Part shown: positions 9,082 to 18,733 of the stretch, one piece after another
Layout: each line of letters begins with the position of its first letter
Position numbering within the stretch: the stretch's first letter is position 1
Assembly (NCBI GenBank): GCA_963829105.1
Contig: CAWHHF010000023.1
Coordinates: 125,417-189,416 of the forward strand
Direction: 5' to 3'
From: an uncultured Chloroflexia bacterium
GTDB lineage: Bacteria; Chloroflexota; Limnocylindria; Limnocylindrales; CSP1-4
DNA: 64,000 nt
Program-made: the position numbers and the translations under genes
The notes under the pieces: generated by a model
Databases searched by the model: none
What the model saw: only the letters and a program-made list of their open reading frames with translations
What the model was told of the DNA's origin: nothing

Positions 9082-10239
9082 ATGGTGGTTCGTTCACTTG
9101 CTGGCGGTCTGGCCGTGCGCGTCGCGCGTGTCCCGAAGGGCCGGGCCATGCTCGTCGCCCTCGGCGGGGTCGCGCTCCTAGGCGGCCTGGCCGGGGCGCT
9201 CGTGCTGCTGGGCACGTCGATGCCCGCCGAGGCCGGCCGGTTCGCGGTCGATCACGGGCGGCTCATGACGCTGGGGTTCCTCGGGACGGTCATCGCCCTC
9301 GAGCGGGCGGCGGCCCTCGGCCGGCCGGCCGGCTTCGCGGCGCCGGTGGCGTCGGGGGCCGGGGCCGCGGCCCTCGTCCTCGGGCTCCCGCCCGCGATCG
9401 GCGCGTGGCTCCTCGTCGCCGGGGGCCTGCTGCTGGTCGGGACGTACGCCGCGCTGGCGACCCGCGAGCAGTCTCTGCAGCTGGCCGTGCAGGCCGGGGG
9501 CGCCGGCGCCTGGCCCGTGGCCGCGCTGCTGCTCGTCGCCGGGCGGCCGGTGGCCGATGCCATCCCCTGGCTGGCGGCGTTCCTGGTGCTCACGATCGCC
9601 GGCGGCCGGCTCGCCCTGGCGAGCCTCGCCAGGCTCGCGGCTCCCGGGCGGCGCCGGTTCATCGTCGCGGCCTGGGTCGTCGTGGCCGGGGTCACCCTGA
9701 CGCTGACGCTGCCCGACGCCGGGATGCGGATCGCGGGCATCGGGTTCCTCGCCCTCGCCGCCTGGCTCGCCACGCACGACGTCGCGCGGCGCACCGTCCG
9801 GGTCCCCGGTGCCGCCCGGTTCATCGCGCTGAGCCTGCTCGCCGGCTACGCGTGGCTGGCGGTCGCTGGGGCGGCCTGGCTGTTCACGGGGGCATCGCCC
9901 GGCGTCGCGGCCTACGACGTGCGCCTCCACGCCCTGCTCATCGGGTTCGTGATCTCGATGGTGTTCGGCCACGCGCCCGCGGCTGTGTCCGCGGTGCTCC
10001 GCGTGCCGCTGCCGTACTCGCCGGCGTTCTACGGGCACCTCTCCCTGCTGCACGCCGGTCTGCTGCTCCGGGTCGTCGGCGGGGACGTGCTGCTCCTGTC
10101 GTGGGCAGGGAGCCTGGGCGGCGTCATCTGCGTGGCCGCGGTGCTGCTGTTCGTGGCCGTGTCCGCCGTGGCCGCCCTGGCCGGGCTCACGCACCGTCTC
10201 CGGGTCGATCGGGGGCGAGGACAGCTTCGCCCCGCCTAG
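9082..10239 (+). CDS. Polytopic membrane protein, NnrS-like
   Basis: About 11-12 hydrophobic segments; HGRLMTLGFLGTVIALERA, YD..LHALLIGFVISMVFGHAP. Start uncertain. Confidence 0.65.
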   Translation: MVVRSLAGGLAVRVARVPKGRAMLVALGGVALLGGLAGALVLLGTSMPAEAGRFAVDHGRLMTLGFLGTVIALERAAALGRPAGFAAPVASGAGAAALVLGLPPAIGAWLLVAGGLLLVGTYAALATREQSLQLAVQAGGAGAWPVAALLLVAGRPVADAIPWLAAFLVLTIAGGRLALASLARLAAPGRRRFIVAAWVVVAGVTLTLTLPDAGMRIAGIGFLALAAWLATHDVARRTVRVPGAARFIALSLLAGYAWLAVAGAAWLFTGASPGVAAYDVRLHALLIGFVISMVFGHAPAAVSAVLRVPLPYSPAFYGHLSLLHAGLLLRVVGGDVLLLSWAGSLGGVICVAAVLLFVAVSAVAALAGLTHRLRVDRGRGQLRPA

Positions 10240-10304
10240 CCACGGAGCAGGAGGGCGTCGGGCGACGCCGCCCCACGATGGCGCGGGCGCGTTTGGCGGG
10301 TTCG

Positions 10305-11480
10305 TCAGGCCCGGGCCGGGCCCGCGATGGCGTGCATCGCCGCGATCGCCAGGTCGACCTCGCCGGACGTCGAGAAGGCACCCGGGCTGAAGCGGACGGC
10401 GCCCCGGTCGATCGTGCCGAGGTCGCGGTGGACGAGCGGCGCGCACTGGACGCCCACCCGGACGGCGATGCCGAAGTCCCCGTCCAGGATCGAGCCCACG
10501 TCCTGGGGGTGGATGCCGGCGACGTTGGCGGCGAGCACGGGCACCTGCCGGGCAGGGTCCGTGCCCGATTCCGCGGCGCCGTACAGCGTGATGCGGGGGT
10601 GGGCCGCGAGGCCGTCGCGCAGCCTGGCGAGCAGCGACATCTCGCGGGCGTGAAGCGCCTCCACCCCCTGCCGCTCCACGAACTCCATGCCCAGCGCGAG
10701 CCCGATCACGCCCAGCAGGTTGAGCGTGCCGGCCTCGAGCCGCTGCGGCCAGGACTGGCTGTGGGAGAGGCTGGCCGAGTCCATGCCCGTGCCGCCGAAG
10801 CGCGTGGTCGCGACATCCAGGCCGGGCGTCAGCACCAGCCCGCCGATGCCCGACGGTCCGTAGAGGGACTTGTGCCCGGTGAACGCGATGGCCGCGATCC
10901 CCTGGGCAACCATGTCGATCGGGACCAGGCCCGCGGTCTGGGCGGTATCCACGACCAGCGGCACGCCGCGCTCCGCGCAGCGCCGGGCGATCTCGCCGAT
11001 CGGCTGGATCGTCCCCAGCACGTTGGAGGCGTGGGTCATGACCACCGCGCGCGTGTTGGGCCGCAGCAGCTCCGCCACCGCGTCCGGGTCCACGTACCCG
11101 CGACCGTCGAACGGCGCCAGGTCCCAGGTGATGATCCCCGTCTCCGCGAGGTGATTGAGCGGTCGCAGGACGGAGTTGTGGTCGAGCCGCGTGGCCACGA
11201 CATGGTCGCCGGGCCGCACCAGCCCGCCGATCACGGTGTTGAGGGCATCGGTGGCGTTCGCGCCGAAGATCACCCGCGTGGGGTCCGGCGCGCCGAAGAA
11301 GCGGGCCACCCGCGCCCGCACCCCATCCACGAGATCGCCGGCCCGGGTCGCCAGGTCGTGGTTGCCACGGCCGGGCGAGACCCCGATCCGCGCGTAGGTC
11401 TCGGCCATCTCCGCGAGCAGGCCGGCCGGCTTGGGGAAGGTGGTGGCCGCGTTGTCGAGGTAGACGAGGCGCTCGGTCAT
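10305..11480 (-). CDS. Cysteine desulfurase / aminotransferase class V
   Basis: YLDNAATTFPKP, HNSVLRPL, HASNVLG, DTAQTAG, PLP lysine FTGHKSL, EAGT, catalytic-Cys motif RVGVQCAP. Confidence 0.9.
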   Translation of the reverse strand: MTERLVYLDNAATTFPKPAGLLAEMAETYARIGVSPGRGNHDLATRAGDLVDGVRARVARFFGAPDPTRVIFGANATDALNTVIGGLVRPGDHVVATRLDHNSVLRPLNHLAETGIITWDLAPFDGRGYVDPDAVAELLRPNTRAVVMTHASNVLGTIQPIGEIARRCAERGVPLVVDTAQTAGLVPIDMVAQGIAAIAFTGHKSLYGPSGIGGLVLTPGLDVATTRFGGTGMDSASLSHSQSWPQRLEAGTLNLLGVIGLALGMEFVERQGVEALHAREMSLLARLRDGLAAHPRITLYGAAESGTDPARQVPVLAANVAGIHPQDVGSILDGDFGIAVRVGVQCAPLVHRDLGTIDRGAVRFSPGAFSTSGEVDLAIAAMHAIAGPARA

Positions 11481-11499
11481 GCTGCGGGTCTCCCCGGCC

Positions 11500-11841
11500 C
11501 TAGTCGAGGCACGTCTTGGGGTTCGGGAGCCCGGCCAGGCGCCGCGCCCCCAGCTTGATCCCGTCCGGGAAGAGCCGCTCCAGCTCGATCAGGCTCAGCT
11601 CCGTGCCGGCCTTGAGCTCGCGGTTCATGGGCGCCCTTCCCTGGCGGAGGTAGTAGCCGCGCAGGAACCTGAGGACGCACCAGCGAACCTCGCCCAGGTC
11701 CGCGATCCCGCTCTCGCGGGCGAGCTCCTCGGCCGCGGCCTCGGTCCAGTCGTCGGCGTCCCAGAAGAAGCCCTCGTCGTCGAAGTAGACCGACCGGCCC
11801 GCGACCGTGCGAAGGGAGCGGGAGCGGGCCGTGTCCGTCAC
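11500..11841 (-). CDS. TusE/DsrC/DsvC-family sulfur relay protein
   Basis: DDEGFF..DDW...AEELA, FLRGYY, LERLFP, C-terminal LAGLPNPKTCLD with a single terminal Cys. GTG start inferred. Confidence 0.85.
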   Translation of the reverse strand: MTDTARSRSLRTVAGRSVYFDDEGFFWDADDWTEAAAEELARESGIADLGEVRWCVLRFLRGYYLRQGRAPMNRELKAGTELSLIELERLFPDGIKLGARRLAGLPNPKTCLD

Positions 11842-11854
11842 CAGCCGGCCGTGG

Positions 11855-14554
11855 CTACGTCGCCGCGCCGATGGGCTCCGGGGCCGTTCCCGACGCCGCA
11901 GGCGCGAGGGCCGCCCTGACCCGCTCCGGGGTTGCCGGCAGCTCGTAGACCATCGCGCCGCAGGCGTCCCGGATCGCGTTGACGATCGCCGGCGCCGTGG
12001 ACACCATGGCCATCTCGCCGATGCCGACCGAACCCAGCGTGCCGAGCTCACGGGGCGTCTCGACCAGGATCGTGTCCATGTCCACGGCGTGGCGGATGCT
12101 GGGGAACTTGAAGGAGACCCAGTCCTTCGTCCTGCCGGCGACGTACTCCTCGCGGAGCGCGAACCCCACGCCCATGTCCATGCCGCCGTGGAGCTGGCCC
12201 TCGACGTTGGCGGGGTGGATGATCCGGCCGGGGTCGGCTGCCGACGTCATCCGCAGGACGCGGACCTCGCCGGTCTCGATATTGACCTCCACCTCGGCCA
12301 TCTGGACCGAGAACACCTGGACCTCGAACGAGGGGCCCAGGCCGGTCTCCGGGTCCATCGGTGCGGTCTCGATCGTGGTGCGCTTGCCCAGGTAGCGGAC
12401 GGGAAGGCCGGCCGCCTCGAACGCAGCGTAGGTCCGGGCACCGAGTCCGTCCATCGCCGCGCGGAGCTGCTGGGCCGCGTCCACCGCAGCGCCGCCCAGC
12501 ATGTAGGTCGCGCGGCTGCCCGACACCGGGCCGGACGCGGCCGTGTCCGCGGTGCTGCGGGTGCGCAGGCGGACCTTGTCCAGCCGCAGGTCGAGCACCG
12601 ACGCCACGAGCTGGCTGATCATCGAGTCGTTGCCCTCGCCCGGGTCGCCGGCGGCGACATAGACCGTCACCCCGTCGTCGGGATCCAGCTCCACGAACCC
12701 GATCGACTTGTCGCCCGGCATCGCGATGCCGAAGGCGGCCGCGCCGAGCCCGACGCCCCTCCGGATGGGGCCGTCCGCCGGTTGCCGGGACGCGGCCGCA
12801 AGCGCGGCCTCGTACCTGCCCTCGATGGCGTCGCACAGCCCCGGGAACGGCCACTCCGTGACGACGTGCCCGGTCGCCTTGGCCTCGCCCGGCCTGAGCG
12901 AGTTGCGGCGCCGGAACTCGAGCGGGTCGATGCCCATCCGCTCGGCCAGCAGGTCCACGGCACACTCGAGCGCGTAGTGGGTCTGGGGCGGCCCGGCCCC
13001 TCGGGCGGCGCTGCCCCACGGGTTGTTGGTGTAGACGAGCCGGGATGTCACCGCCAGGTTCGGCACCAGGTAGGCGCTGGTGAGCATGTGGAGGGCCCGG
13101 TTGACGATGACCCGGCCCAGCGACATGTAGGCGCCGTTGTCCACGGTGATGTCCATCGCCATCGCCGTGAGGCGGCCGTCCGCGTCCGCGGCCAGCCGGG
13201 TCTCGATCTCGAACGGGTGGCGCTTGGAGGTGATGAGCATCGACTCGGCGAGGCTCGGGACGTAGCGGACCGCGCGGTTGAGGTGCAGGGCGGCGGCGCC
13301 CGCGATGCCCTCGGTGATGATCTCGACCTTGATGCCGAACTGGCCGCCGGCGAACGGCTCCTCGTAGCGGATGGCCTCCCAGCCGAGGGCCTCCTGGAGC
13401 GTCTGCATGTGGAGGTGGATGTTGATGCTCCGCCCGACGACGACCAGCTCCGCGTCCTCTCCCTCGCCCTCCATCCAGGCGAGGCTCACCTCTGGCTCCA
13501 GCGGCGCCTGGTGGACGATCTGGGTCCGGAAGCGGGCCGTCACCTCCGCCGCGGAGACGGCGAAGGCGGCCGCGGCATCGCCCTTGATGATCGGCTGGCT
13601 GTAGCACAGGTTCGGGGAGTCCTCGTGGACGCGCGGGGCGCCCTCGGCGAGCGCCGCGGCCGGCGAGTCCAGCACCGGGAGCGGCTCGTAGTCGACCACG
13701 ACCGCGTCGGCCGCGGCCATCGCCTGCGCCTTCGTCTCCGCGGCGACGATCGCGACCGCGTCGCCCAGCGTGTGGACCTTCGTGTCGCACAGGATCGGGC
13801 GGTCCGCGGCCTGGTACTTGAGGCGGTTCGTGCCCCGGATGTCCTTGGCCGTCATGACGCCCGCGACGCCCGGCATCGAGGCCGCTGCCGCGGTGTCGAT
13901 GTTGCGGATCCACGCGTGGGCGTGCGGGCTGCGCACCACCGCGATCTCGAGGGCGCCCGGCAGGCGGACGTCGGCGCCGAACAGCGCCGTGCCGGTGGCC
14001 TTGGCCATGGCGCTGGGGCGCACGAACGAGGTGCCGATCTTGGGCGCGTCCGGATCCGGCACCAGATCCGCGGGCGTGATCTCGCCACGGATGAAGCGTC
14101 CGGCGAGGATCACCGCGTCGATGATCTTCACGTAGCCCGTGCACCGGCAGAGGTTGCGCCGCAGTGCCCGCTTCACCTCGGCGCGGGACGGGTCCGGGTT
14201 GGCCGAGAGGAGCTCCTCGGCGGTCACGATCATGCCCGGGATGCAGAACCCGCACTGGACGGCACCGGCCAGCACGAACGCCTGCTGGACCAGGTTCGGG
14301 CGGTCCGGGGTCCCGAGGCCCTCGATCGTGGTGACCTCGGCGCCCTGCAGCGAGATCACCTTGGTGATGCACGACAGCACGGCCTTGCCGTCCACCAGGA
14401 CCATGCACGTCCCGCACTGGCCCTTGCGGTCGCAGGACTGCTTGGTGCCCGTCAGGCCCAGGTCGTCGCGGATCACGTCGAGCAGGACCGTCCGGTTCTC
14501 GTCGGCGGCGACGTGCACCGGGCGAGCGTTGATGGTGAGACCGACGTTCTTCAC
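11855..14554 (-). CDS. Molybdopterin aldehyde oxidoreductase (MOP / xanthine oxidase family; 2x[2Fe-2S] + Moco domain)
   Basis: GTKQSCDRKGQCGTC, QCGFCIPG, RNLCRCTGY, GGQFG, GQLHGG..MGVG, catalytic Glu in GIGE. Confidence 0.9.
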   Translation of the reverse strand: MKNVGLTINARPVHVAADENRTVLLDVIRDDLGLTGTKQSCDRKGQCGTCMVLVDGKAVLSCITKVISLQGAEVTTIEGLGTPDRPNLVQQAFVLAGAVQCGFCIPGMIVTAEELLSANPDPSRAEVKRALRRNLCRCTGYVKIIDAVILAGRFIRGEITPADLVPDPDAPKIGTSFVRPSAMAKATGTALFGADVRLPGALEIAVVRSPHAHAWIRNIDTAAAASMPGVAGVMTAKDIRGTNRLKYQAADRPILCDTKVHTLGDAVAIVAAETKAQAMAAADAVVVDYEPLPVLDSPAAALAEGAPRVHEDSPNLCYSQPIIKGDAAAAFAVSAAEVTARFRTQIVHQAPLEPEVSLAWMEGEGEDAELVVVGRSINIHLHMQTLQEALGWEAIRYEEPFAGGQFGIKVEIITEGIAGAAALHLNRAVRYVPSLAESMLITSKRHPFEIETRLAADADGRLTAMAMDITVDNGAYMSLGRVIVNRALHMLTSAYLVPNLAVTSRLVYTNNPWGSAARGAGPPQTHYALECAVDLLAERMGIDPLEFRRRNSLRPGEAKATGHVVTEWPFPGLCDAIEGRYEAALAAASRQPADGPIRRGVGLGAAAFGIAMPGDKSIGFVELDPDDGVTVYVAAGDPGEGNDSMISQLVASVLDLRLDKVRLRTRSTADTAASGPVSGSRATYMLGGAAVDAAQQLRAAMDGLGARTYAAFEAAGLPVRYLGKRTTIETAPMDPETGLGPSFEVQVFSVQMAEVEVNIETGEVRVLRMTSAADPGRIIHPANVEGQLHGGMDMGVGFALREEYVAGRTKDWVSFKFPSIRHAVDMDTILVETPRELGTLGSVGIGEMAMVSTAPAIVNAIRDACGAMVYELPATPERVRAALAPAASGTAPEPIGAAT

Positions 14555-14786
14555 GAGGCGCTCGTCCTCCGCGTCCTGGCGTGCCCGGCGATCCCTTCGC
14601 CGGCGCAGGCGGGATACCGCCCCGCCCCACGACCGCTGGCTCCGATCTTAGCCACTGTCGGGGTCGGCGGCATCCAGTCCGTCCGTCCGCCTGCCATCCG
14701 GGGCCCGCCCGGCCCCCGCCGCCTGCCGGCCGCTCGCCTGCCCCGCAGGCCCCCGCTCGCCTGGGAGGCAACCCGGGATCGCGGCA

Positions 14787-15686
14787 TCAGCCGGCCGCCT
14801 CCGGCACCGTATCGCCGCCGGCGGGCGTGTAGTAGCGGCGGTACGCCCCGGGCGACATCGCGCAGGAGCGGTGGAAGACCTTGTAGAACTGGTGGAGGTT
14901 CGTGTAGCTGACCACCCTTGCGATGTCCGCGACCGAGAGGTCCGTGCCCAGCAGGAGCCGCTTCGCCTCCGCCACCCTCACCTGGGTCACGTACTCCTTG
15001 AAGCTCACGCCGGTCACGTCCTTGAACACGTGGCGGACGCGGGACGGGCTGACGTGGACGACTCCTGCCACGTCGTCCAGCGTGATGCTCTCGCGACAGT
15101 GACGGTCGACGTAGGCCAGCACCGGCCGTATCTGCTCGCGGCGATCGGCCGCGGACCGGACGGCCGCCGCCTTGCCGACGGCGCGCCGGTCCCGGTTGAC
15201 CAGGGCGAGCGCCCGCCGCAGGGTCGCGTCGGCCAGGTGCCGCTCGGCCGCATCGTGCCGCTCCCAGATCCGGCGCAGCTCGAGCAGCACCGGGGCCACC
15301 TCCTCGGCAAGCGCGGTGCATCCGCCGATCCGCGGCGAGGCGACGCGCTCGTCCACGCGGAACGGTGCCAGGTACCCGAGGTCCAGCTCCCGGCAGCCGG
15401 GCCCGGCGATCAGCTCCGGCCGGAACAGCACCAGCAGCAGCCGCAGCGACGAGCCCGGGTCGGCGAGGGCCACGTGCGGCTGCGAGTTGTCGATGAGGAA
15501 GATGTCACCGGTCGAGGCCGGCATCGCCCGCCGCCCGAACAGGAATGCACCGCGGCCCTCGAGCACCAGGGCGATCTCCAGGTGGTCGTGCCAGTGCATC
15601 CGGTCGCCGTCGCCGTGGGCCGTGTACTCGAGCACGGCGAGCGGGAAGTCGGGCTCCAGGTCCTGCTGCCAGACATAGAGGGCCAT
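14787..15686 (-). CDS. AraC-family transcriptional regulator with cupin sensor domain
   Basis: MHWHDHLEI...GDIFLI....PH cupin; C-terminal HTH (ITLDDVA, RHVFK, AKRLL, SPGAYRR). Confidence 0.9.
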   Translation of the reverse strand: MALYVWQQDLEPDFPLAVLEYTAHGDGDRMHWHDHLEIALVLEGRGAFLFGRRAMPASTGDIFLIDNSQPHVALADPGSSLRLLLVLFRPELIAGPGCRELDLGYLAPFRVDERVASPRIGGCTALAEEVAPVLLELRRIWERHDAAERHLADATLRRALALVNRDRRAVGKAAAVRSAADRREQIRPVLAYVDRHCRESITLDDVAGVVHVSPSRVRHVFKDVTGVSFKEYVTQVRVAEAKRLLLGTDLSVADIARVVSYTNLHQFYKVFHRSCAMSPGAYRRYYTPAGGDTVPEAAG

Positions 15687-15890
15687 GCGCGGAACGGTGG
15701 CGGCTCGCCAGCCGTATCGGACAGGGCCGTTTGGAGTGAATTCCTGGCGCCGGTGGGATCGGGCAGCCGCTTCTGCCACTTCATCGACCCGCTCTGGCAT
15801 TGCCGCGCCGCCCTCCGGGGACGACGATCGAGGCCTCGAGATCTGCCTTGCACGCTCGAGATCTGCCCCGCACCCAGGAGACACCGGGTC

Positions 15891-18062
15891 ATGGCCTTCC
15901 CGCACCTGTTCAGCCCCCTCCAGCTGGGGAACTTCGAGCTCCCCAACCGCATCGTCCACGTGCCCACGGACATCAGCTCCTCGCACGCCGACGGCGAGGT
16001 GAGCGAGCGCGACATCGCGCACCACGGCGACATCGCGCGCGGCGGCTCCGGGTTCATCATCGTGGGTGCCACGACCCCGGACATGAAGACCGGCCGGCCG
16101 ACGGTGACCTGCCTCGTGGCCGACGGCGACAACTACGTCCCCGGCCTCGCCCGCCTGGCCGAGTCCATGCACCGCTACGGCGCGAGGTGCGCGGTCCAGC
16201 TCCAGCACCCGGGCCGCCAGTGCGCGATCCCCCGCTACAACACGCTGGGCGCCACGGACCGGATCCTCAAGCTGCCATGGTCGGCCGGTCACGAGATCAT
16301 CTACGAGAACGCCGAGGAGAAGGGCAAGGAGATCCGCGAGGCGTCGATCGCCGAGATCCTGGAGCTGGTGGACCTGTTCAGCGAGGCGGCCTGGCGGGTG
16401 AAGCAGGCAGGGTTCGACGCCGTGGAGCTCCATGCGGCCCACGGCTACCTCCTGTCCGAGTTCATGAGCCCGTACCTCAACATGCGGACGGACCGGTTCG
16501 GCGGCAGCTTCGAGAACCGCATGCGCTTCCCGCTCGCGGTCATCGACTCGATCAGGAAGAAGTGCGGGAAGGGCTTCCCGATCCTCGTCCGCTACTCGTT
16601 CGAGGAGTGGTGTCCCGGCGGTCGCGGCATGGAGGAGGGCATCGAGACCGCGCGCGTGCTCGAGCAGGCCGGCTGCGCCGCCGTGGACCTCTCGCAGGGC
16701 ATGCAGGAGAGCCCCGGCGCGGGCTTCGACCCCATGCACTACCCCCAGGGCTGGGCGACCTACGCCGCCGAGGCGGTCAAGAAGGTCGTCAGGATCCCGG
16801 TCATCACCAGCCACTCGCTGCGCGACCCCGAGTACTGCGAGCAGATCCTGGCGGAGGGCAAGACGGACCTGGTCGGGCTCGCCCGCCAGCTCCTGGCCGA
16901 CCCGTACTGGCCGGTGAAGGCGCAGTACGGCAAGGTCAGGTCCATCCGCAGGTGCATCTCCTGCCTCGGCGGCTGCTGGCAGGAATCGCTGATGGCCAAG
17001 AAGGAGATCGCCTGCTCGATCAACGCGGCCTGCGGCAACCACGCCTACGCGGACATGCGGCCCGCCACCAGGCCCGTCAACGTCGCGGTGGTCGGCGGCG
17101 GGCCGGCCGGCATGGAGGCGGCGCGGATCGCGACCGAGCGCGGCCACCTCGTCACGCTGTTCGAGAAGCAGGCCGAGCTGGGCGGGGCGATGCTGTTCGT
17201 GTGCCTCGTCCCGGGCAAGGAGAAGATGCGCTGGTACCTGGACTGGATCCGGGACCAGCTCCTCGACCTCAACGTGGACATCCGCCTCAACCATGCGCCG
17301 ACCGTCGACGAGCTGCGCGGTTTCGACATCGTGCTCAACGCCACGGGTGCCGCCTCGTACGTGCCCGAGGTCGCCGGGGACGCCTCCCGCGTGGTGCCCT
17401 TCGAGGAGGCGATGGCCTGCCCCAAGATCGCCTGCGAGTGCCACCCGGGCGGGCGGAAGATGCGCAAGCTCGGCGCTCGCGTCCTCCTCTGGGGCGACAG
17501 CTATGCCGCCACGGACACGGCCGCCTTCCTGGCGGACATCGGCAAGCAGGTCACGATCGTCACCGAGAACCGGGAGTTCGCGGCCGACTGCGAGGTCATC
17601 CACATGTACGTCCTGCGCAAGCGTTTCGGGCAGGGCGATGCGGAGGTGCTCTCGTCCCGCCCCTACAGGCATCCCGTGACGGTCATCACGAGCACGACCG
17701 TCGCGGAGGTGCGCTCCGGCGAGGTGGTCCTCCAGGGCGCGGACTTCGAGCGGACGACCATCGAGGTCGACGACGTGGTGACCTGCCACACGCGACCGGA
17801 CGCGGCGCTCTTCGGGGAGCTGCGGGCGGCCGGCGTGCGGGTGCTGAACGTGGGCGATTCCGTGGCGCCCCGGAACCTGTACCACGCGGTCAAGGAGGGA
17901 TCGGCATTCGGGCTGGCGGTCGATGAGCACCTGCTGTTCAACCCCAACGGCGCGATCCTCAACCAGCTGCCGGCGGACGTCCTGGCCCAGCTGACGCGGG
18001 ACGAGGGCCCGTCGTACACGGCGAAGCGGATGGCGGAGCTGGCGGGCATCACCGCCAAGTAG
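15891..18062 (+). CDS. NADH:flavin oxidoreductase (OYE TIM barrel + 4Fe-4S + FAD/NAD domain; enoate/dienoyl-reductase-like)
   Basis: FPHLFSPL, GFDAVELHAAHGYLLSEF, RTDRFGGSFENR, CISCLGGC-x11-C, VVGGGPAG; AGGAG RBS. Confidence 0.9.
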   Translation: MAFPHLFSPLQLGNFELPNRIVHVPTDISSSHADGEVSERDIAHHGDIARGGSGFIIVGATTPDMKTGRPTVTCLVADGDNYVPGLARLAESMHRYGARCAVQLQHPGRQCAIPRYNTLGATDRILKLPWSAGHEIIYENAEEKGKEIREASIAEILELVDLFSEAAWRVKQAGFDAVELHAAHGYLLSEFMSPYLNMRTDRFGGSFENRMRFPLAVIDSIRKKCGKGFPILVRYSFEEWCPGGRGMEEGIETARVLEQAGCAAVDLSQGMQESPGAGFDPMHYPQGWATYAAEAVKKVVRIPVITSHSLRDPEYCEQILAEGKTDLVGLARQLLADPYWPVKAQYGKVRSIRRCISCLGGCWQESLMAKKEIACSINAACGNHAYADMRPATRPVNVAVVGGGPAGMEAARIATERGHLVTLFEKQAELGGAMLFVCLVPGKEKMRWYLDWIRDQLLDLNVDIRLNHAPTVDELRGFDIVLNATGAASYVPEVAGDASRVVPFEEAMACPKIACECHPGGRKMRKLGARVLLWGDSYAATDTAAFLADIGKQVTIVTENREFAADCEVIHMYVLRKRFGQGDAEVLSSRPYRHPVTVITSTTVAEVRSGEVVLQGADFERTTIEVDDVVTCHTRPDAALFGELRAAGVRVLNVGDSVAPRNLYHAVKEGSAFGLAVDEHLLFNPNGAILNQLPADVLAQLTRDEGPSYTAKRMAELAGITAK

Positions 18063-18142
18063 CGTGATCCCGGCCTGCCCGCCGTCCTGGCGGCGGGCGA
18101 GCGTACTGCCCGAGGGCGGCCGCCTGCGGGAGTTCCGGCGGG

Positions 18143-18192
18143 CGGCCGCCCCCATGCCACCCGCGGTCGGCCGCCCCCATGCCGCCCGCGGT
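18143..18192. repeat. 25-bp tandem duplication (2 copies)
   Basis: CGGCCGCCCCCATGCC(A/G)CCCGCGGT twice, ending 6 bp before element copy A. Confidence 0.8.
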
Positions 18193-18198
18193 CTCCGG

Positions 18199-18328
18199 GT
18201 GACCCAACGGTTCGACGCTGCGCCGTTTCGGCCGCCGAGTGCCCGGTCCGCTACGCGGTCCGCGCCCGCCGGGTGACGAACCGTGCGCGACGGGGCTCGA
18301 CCGTCTCGGCGCGGAACCGTTGAGTCAT
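18199..18328. repeat. 130-bp symmetric palindromic element, copy A
   Basis: GTGACCCAACGGTTC ... GAACCGTTGAGTCAT; inner sites CGGTCCGCTAC (offset 45) and GTGACGAACCG (offset 74). Confidence 0.8.
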
Positions 18329-18733
18329 GGGCCGACCGGGACGGCGGGGCCACCCGGGGCGAGCGGCCGACGAACGTCAGTGCGAGCGGCCGTCGAGCGG
18401 GAGTGGCGGCGGGGGGCCGCCTGCCGGGAGTGGCGGGCGGGCGTCGTGTCCCGGCATCGGCCCCCGCAGGACACGACCGAGGCCGGCGTGGCGCCAGGCG
18501 CCACGAATACGCCGCCGACGGGGAATGGGCGGCTTGTTCCGGGGGTCATCTACCGGCTTCGTGACCTGGCAGGCCACGAACCGGGCGAGATCAGCCCGGA
18601 CGGGCCCGTTTCGGCGCTCGGCGGGCGAGTCCGTAGCGCCACCCGCCACGCCCCGTGGCCGACCCCGGGGTGGCATCTTCGGATCCCCGGTCAGCGCGGC
18701 GCGGCGGCCCGGTCAGCGCAGGGCGGGAAGGCC

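Noticed and set aside
11500-11841. DsrC as a marker of dissimilatory sulfur metabolism
   Set aside because: Lacks the second conserved Cys of the Cys-X10-Cys motif; no dsrAB nearby.
14787-18353. 1188-aa AraC and 1063-aa OYE ORF calls
   Set aside because: Upstream extensions overlap the divergent gene; true starts are near 15686 and 15891.
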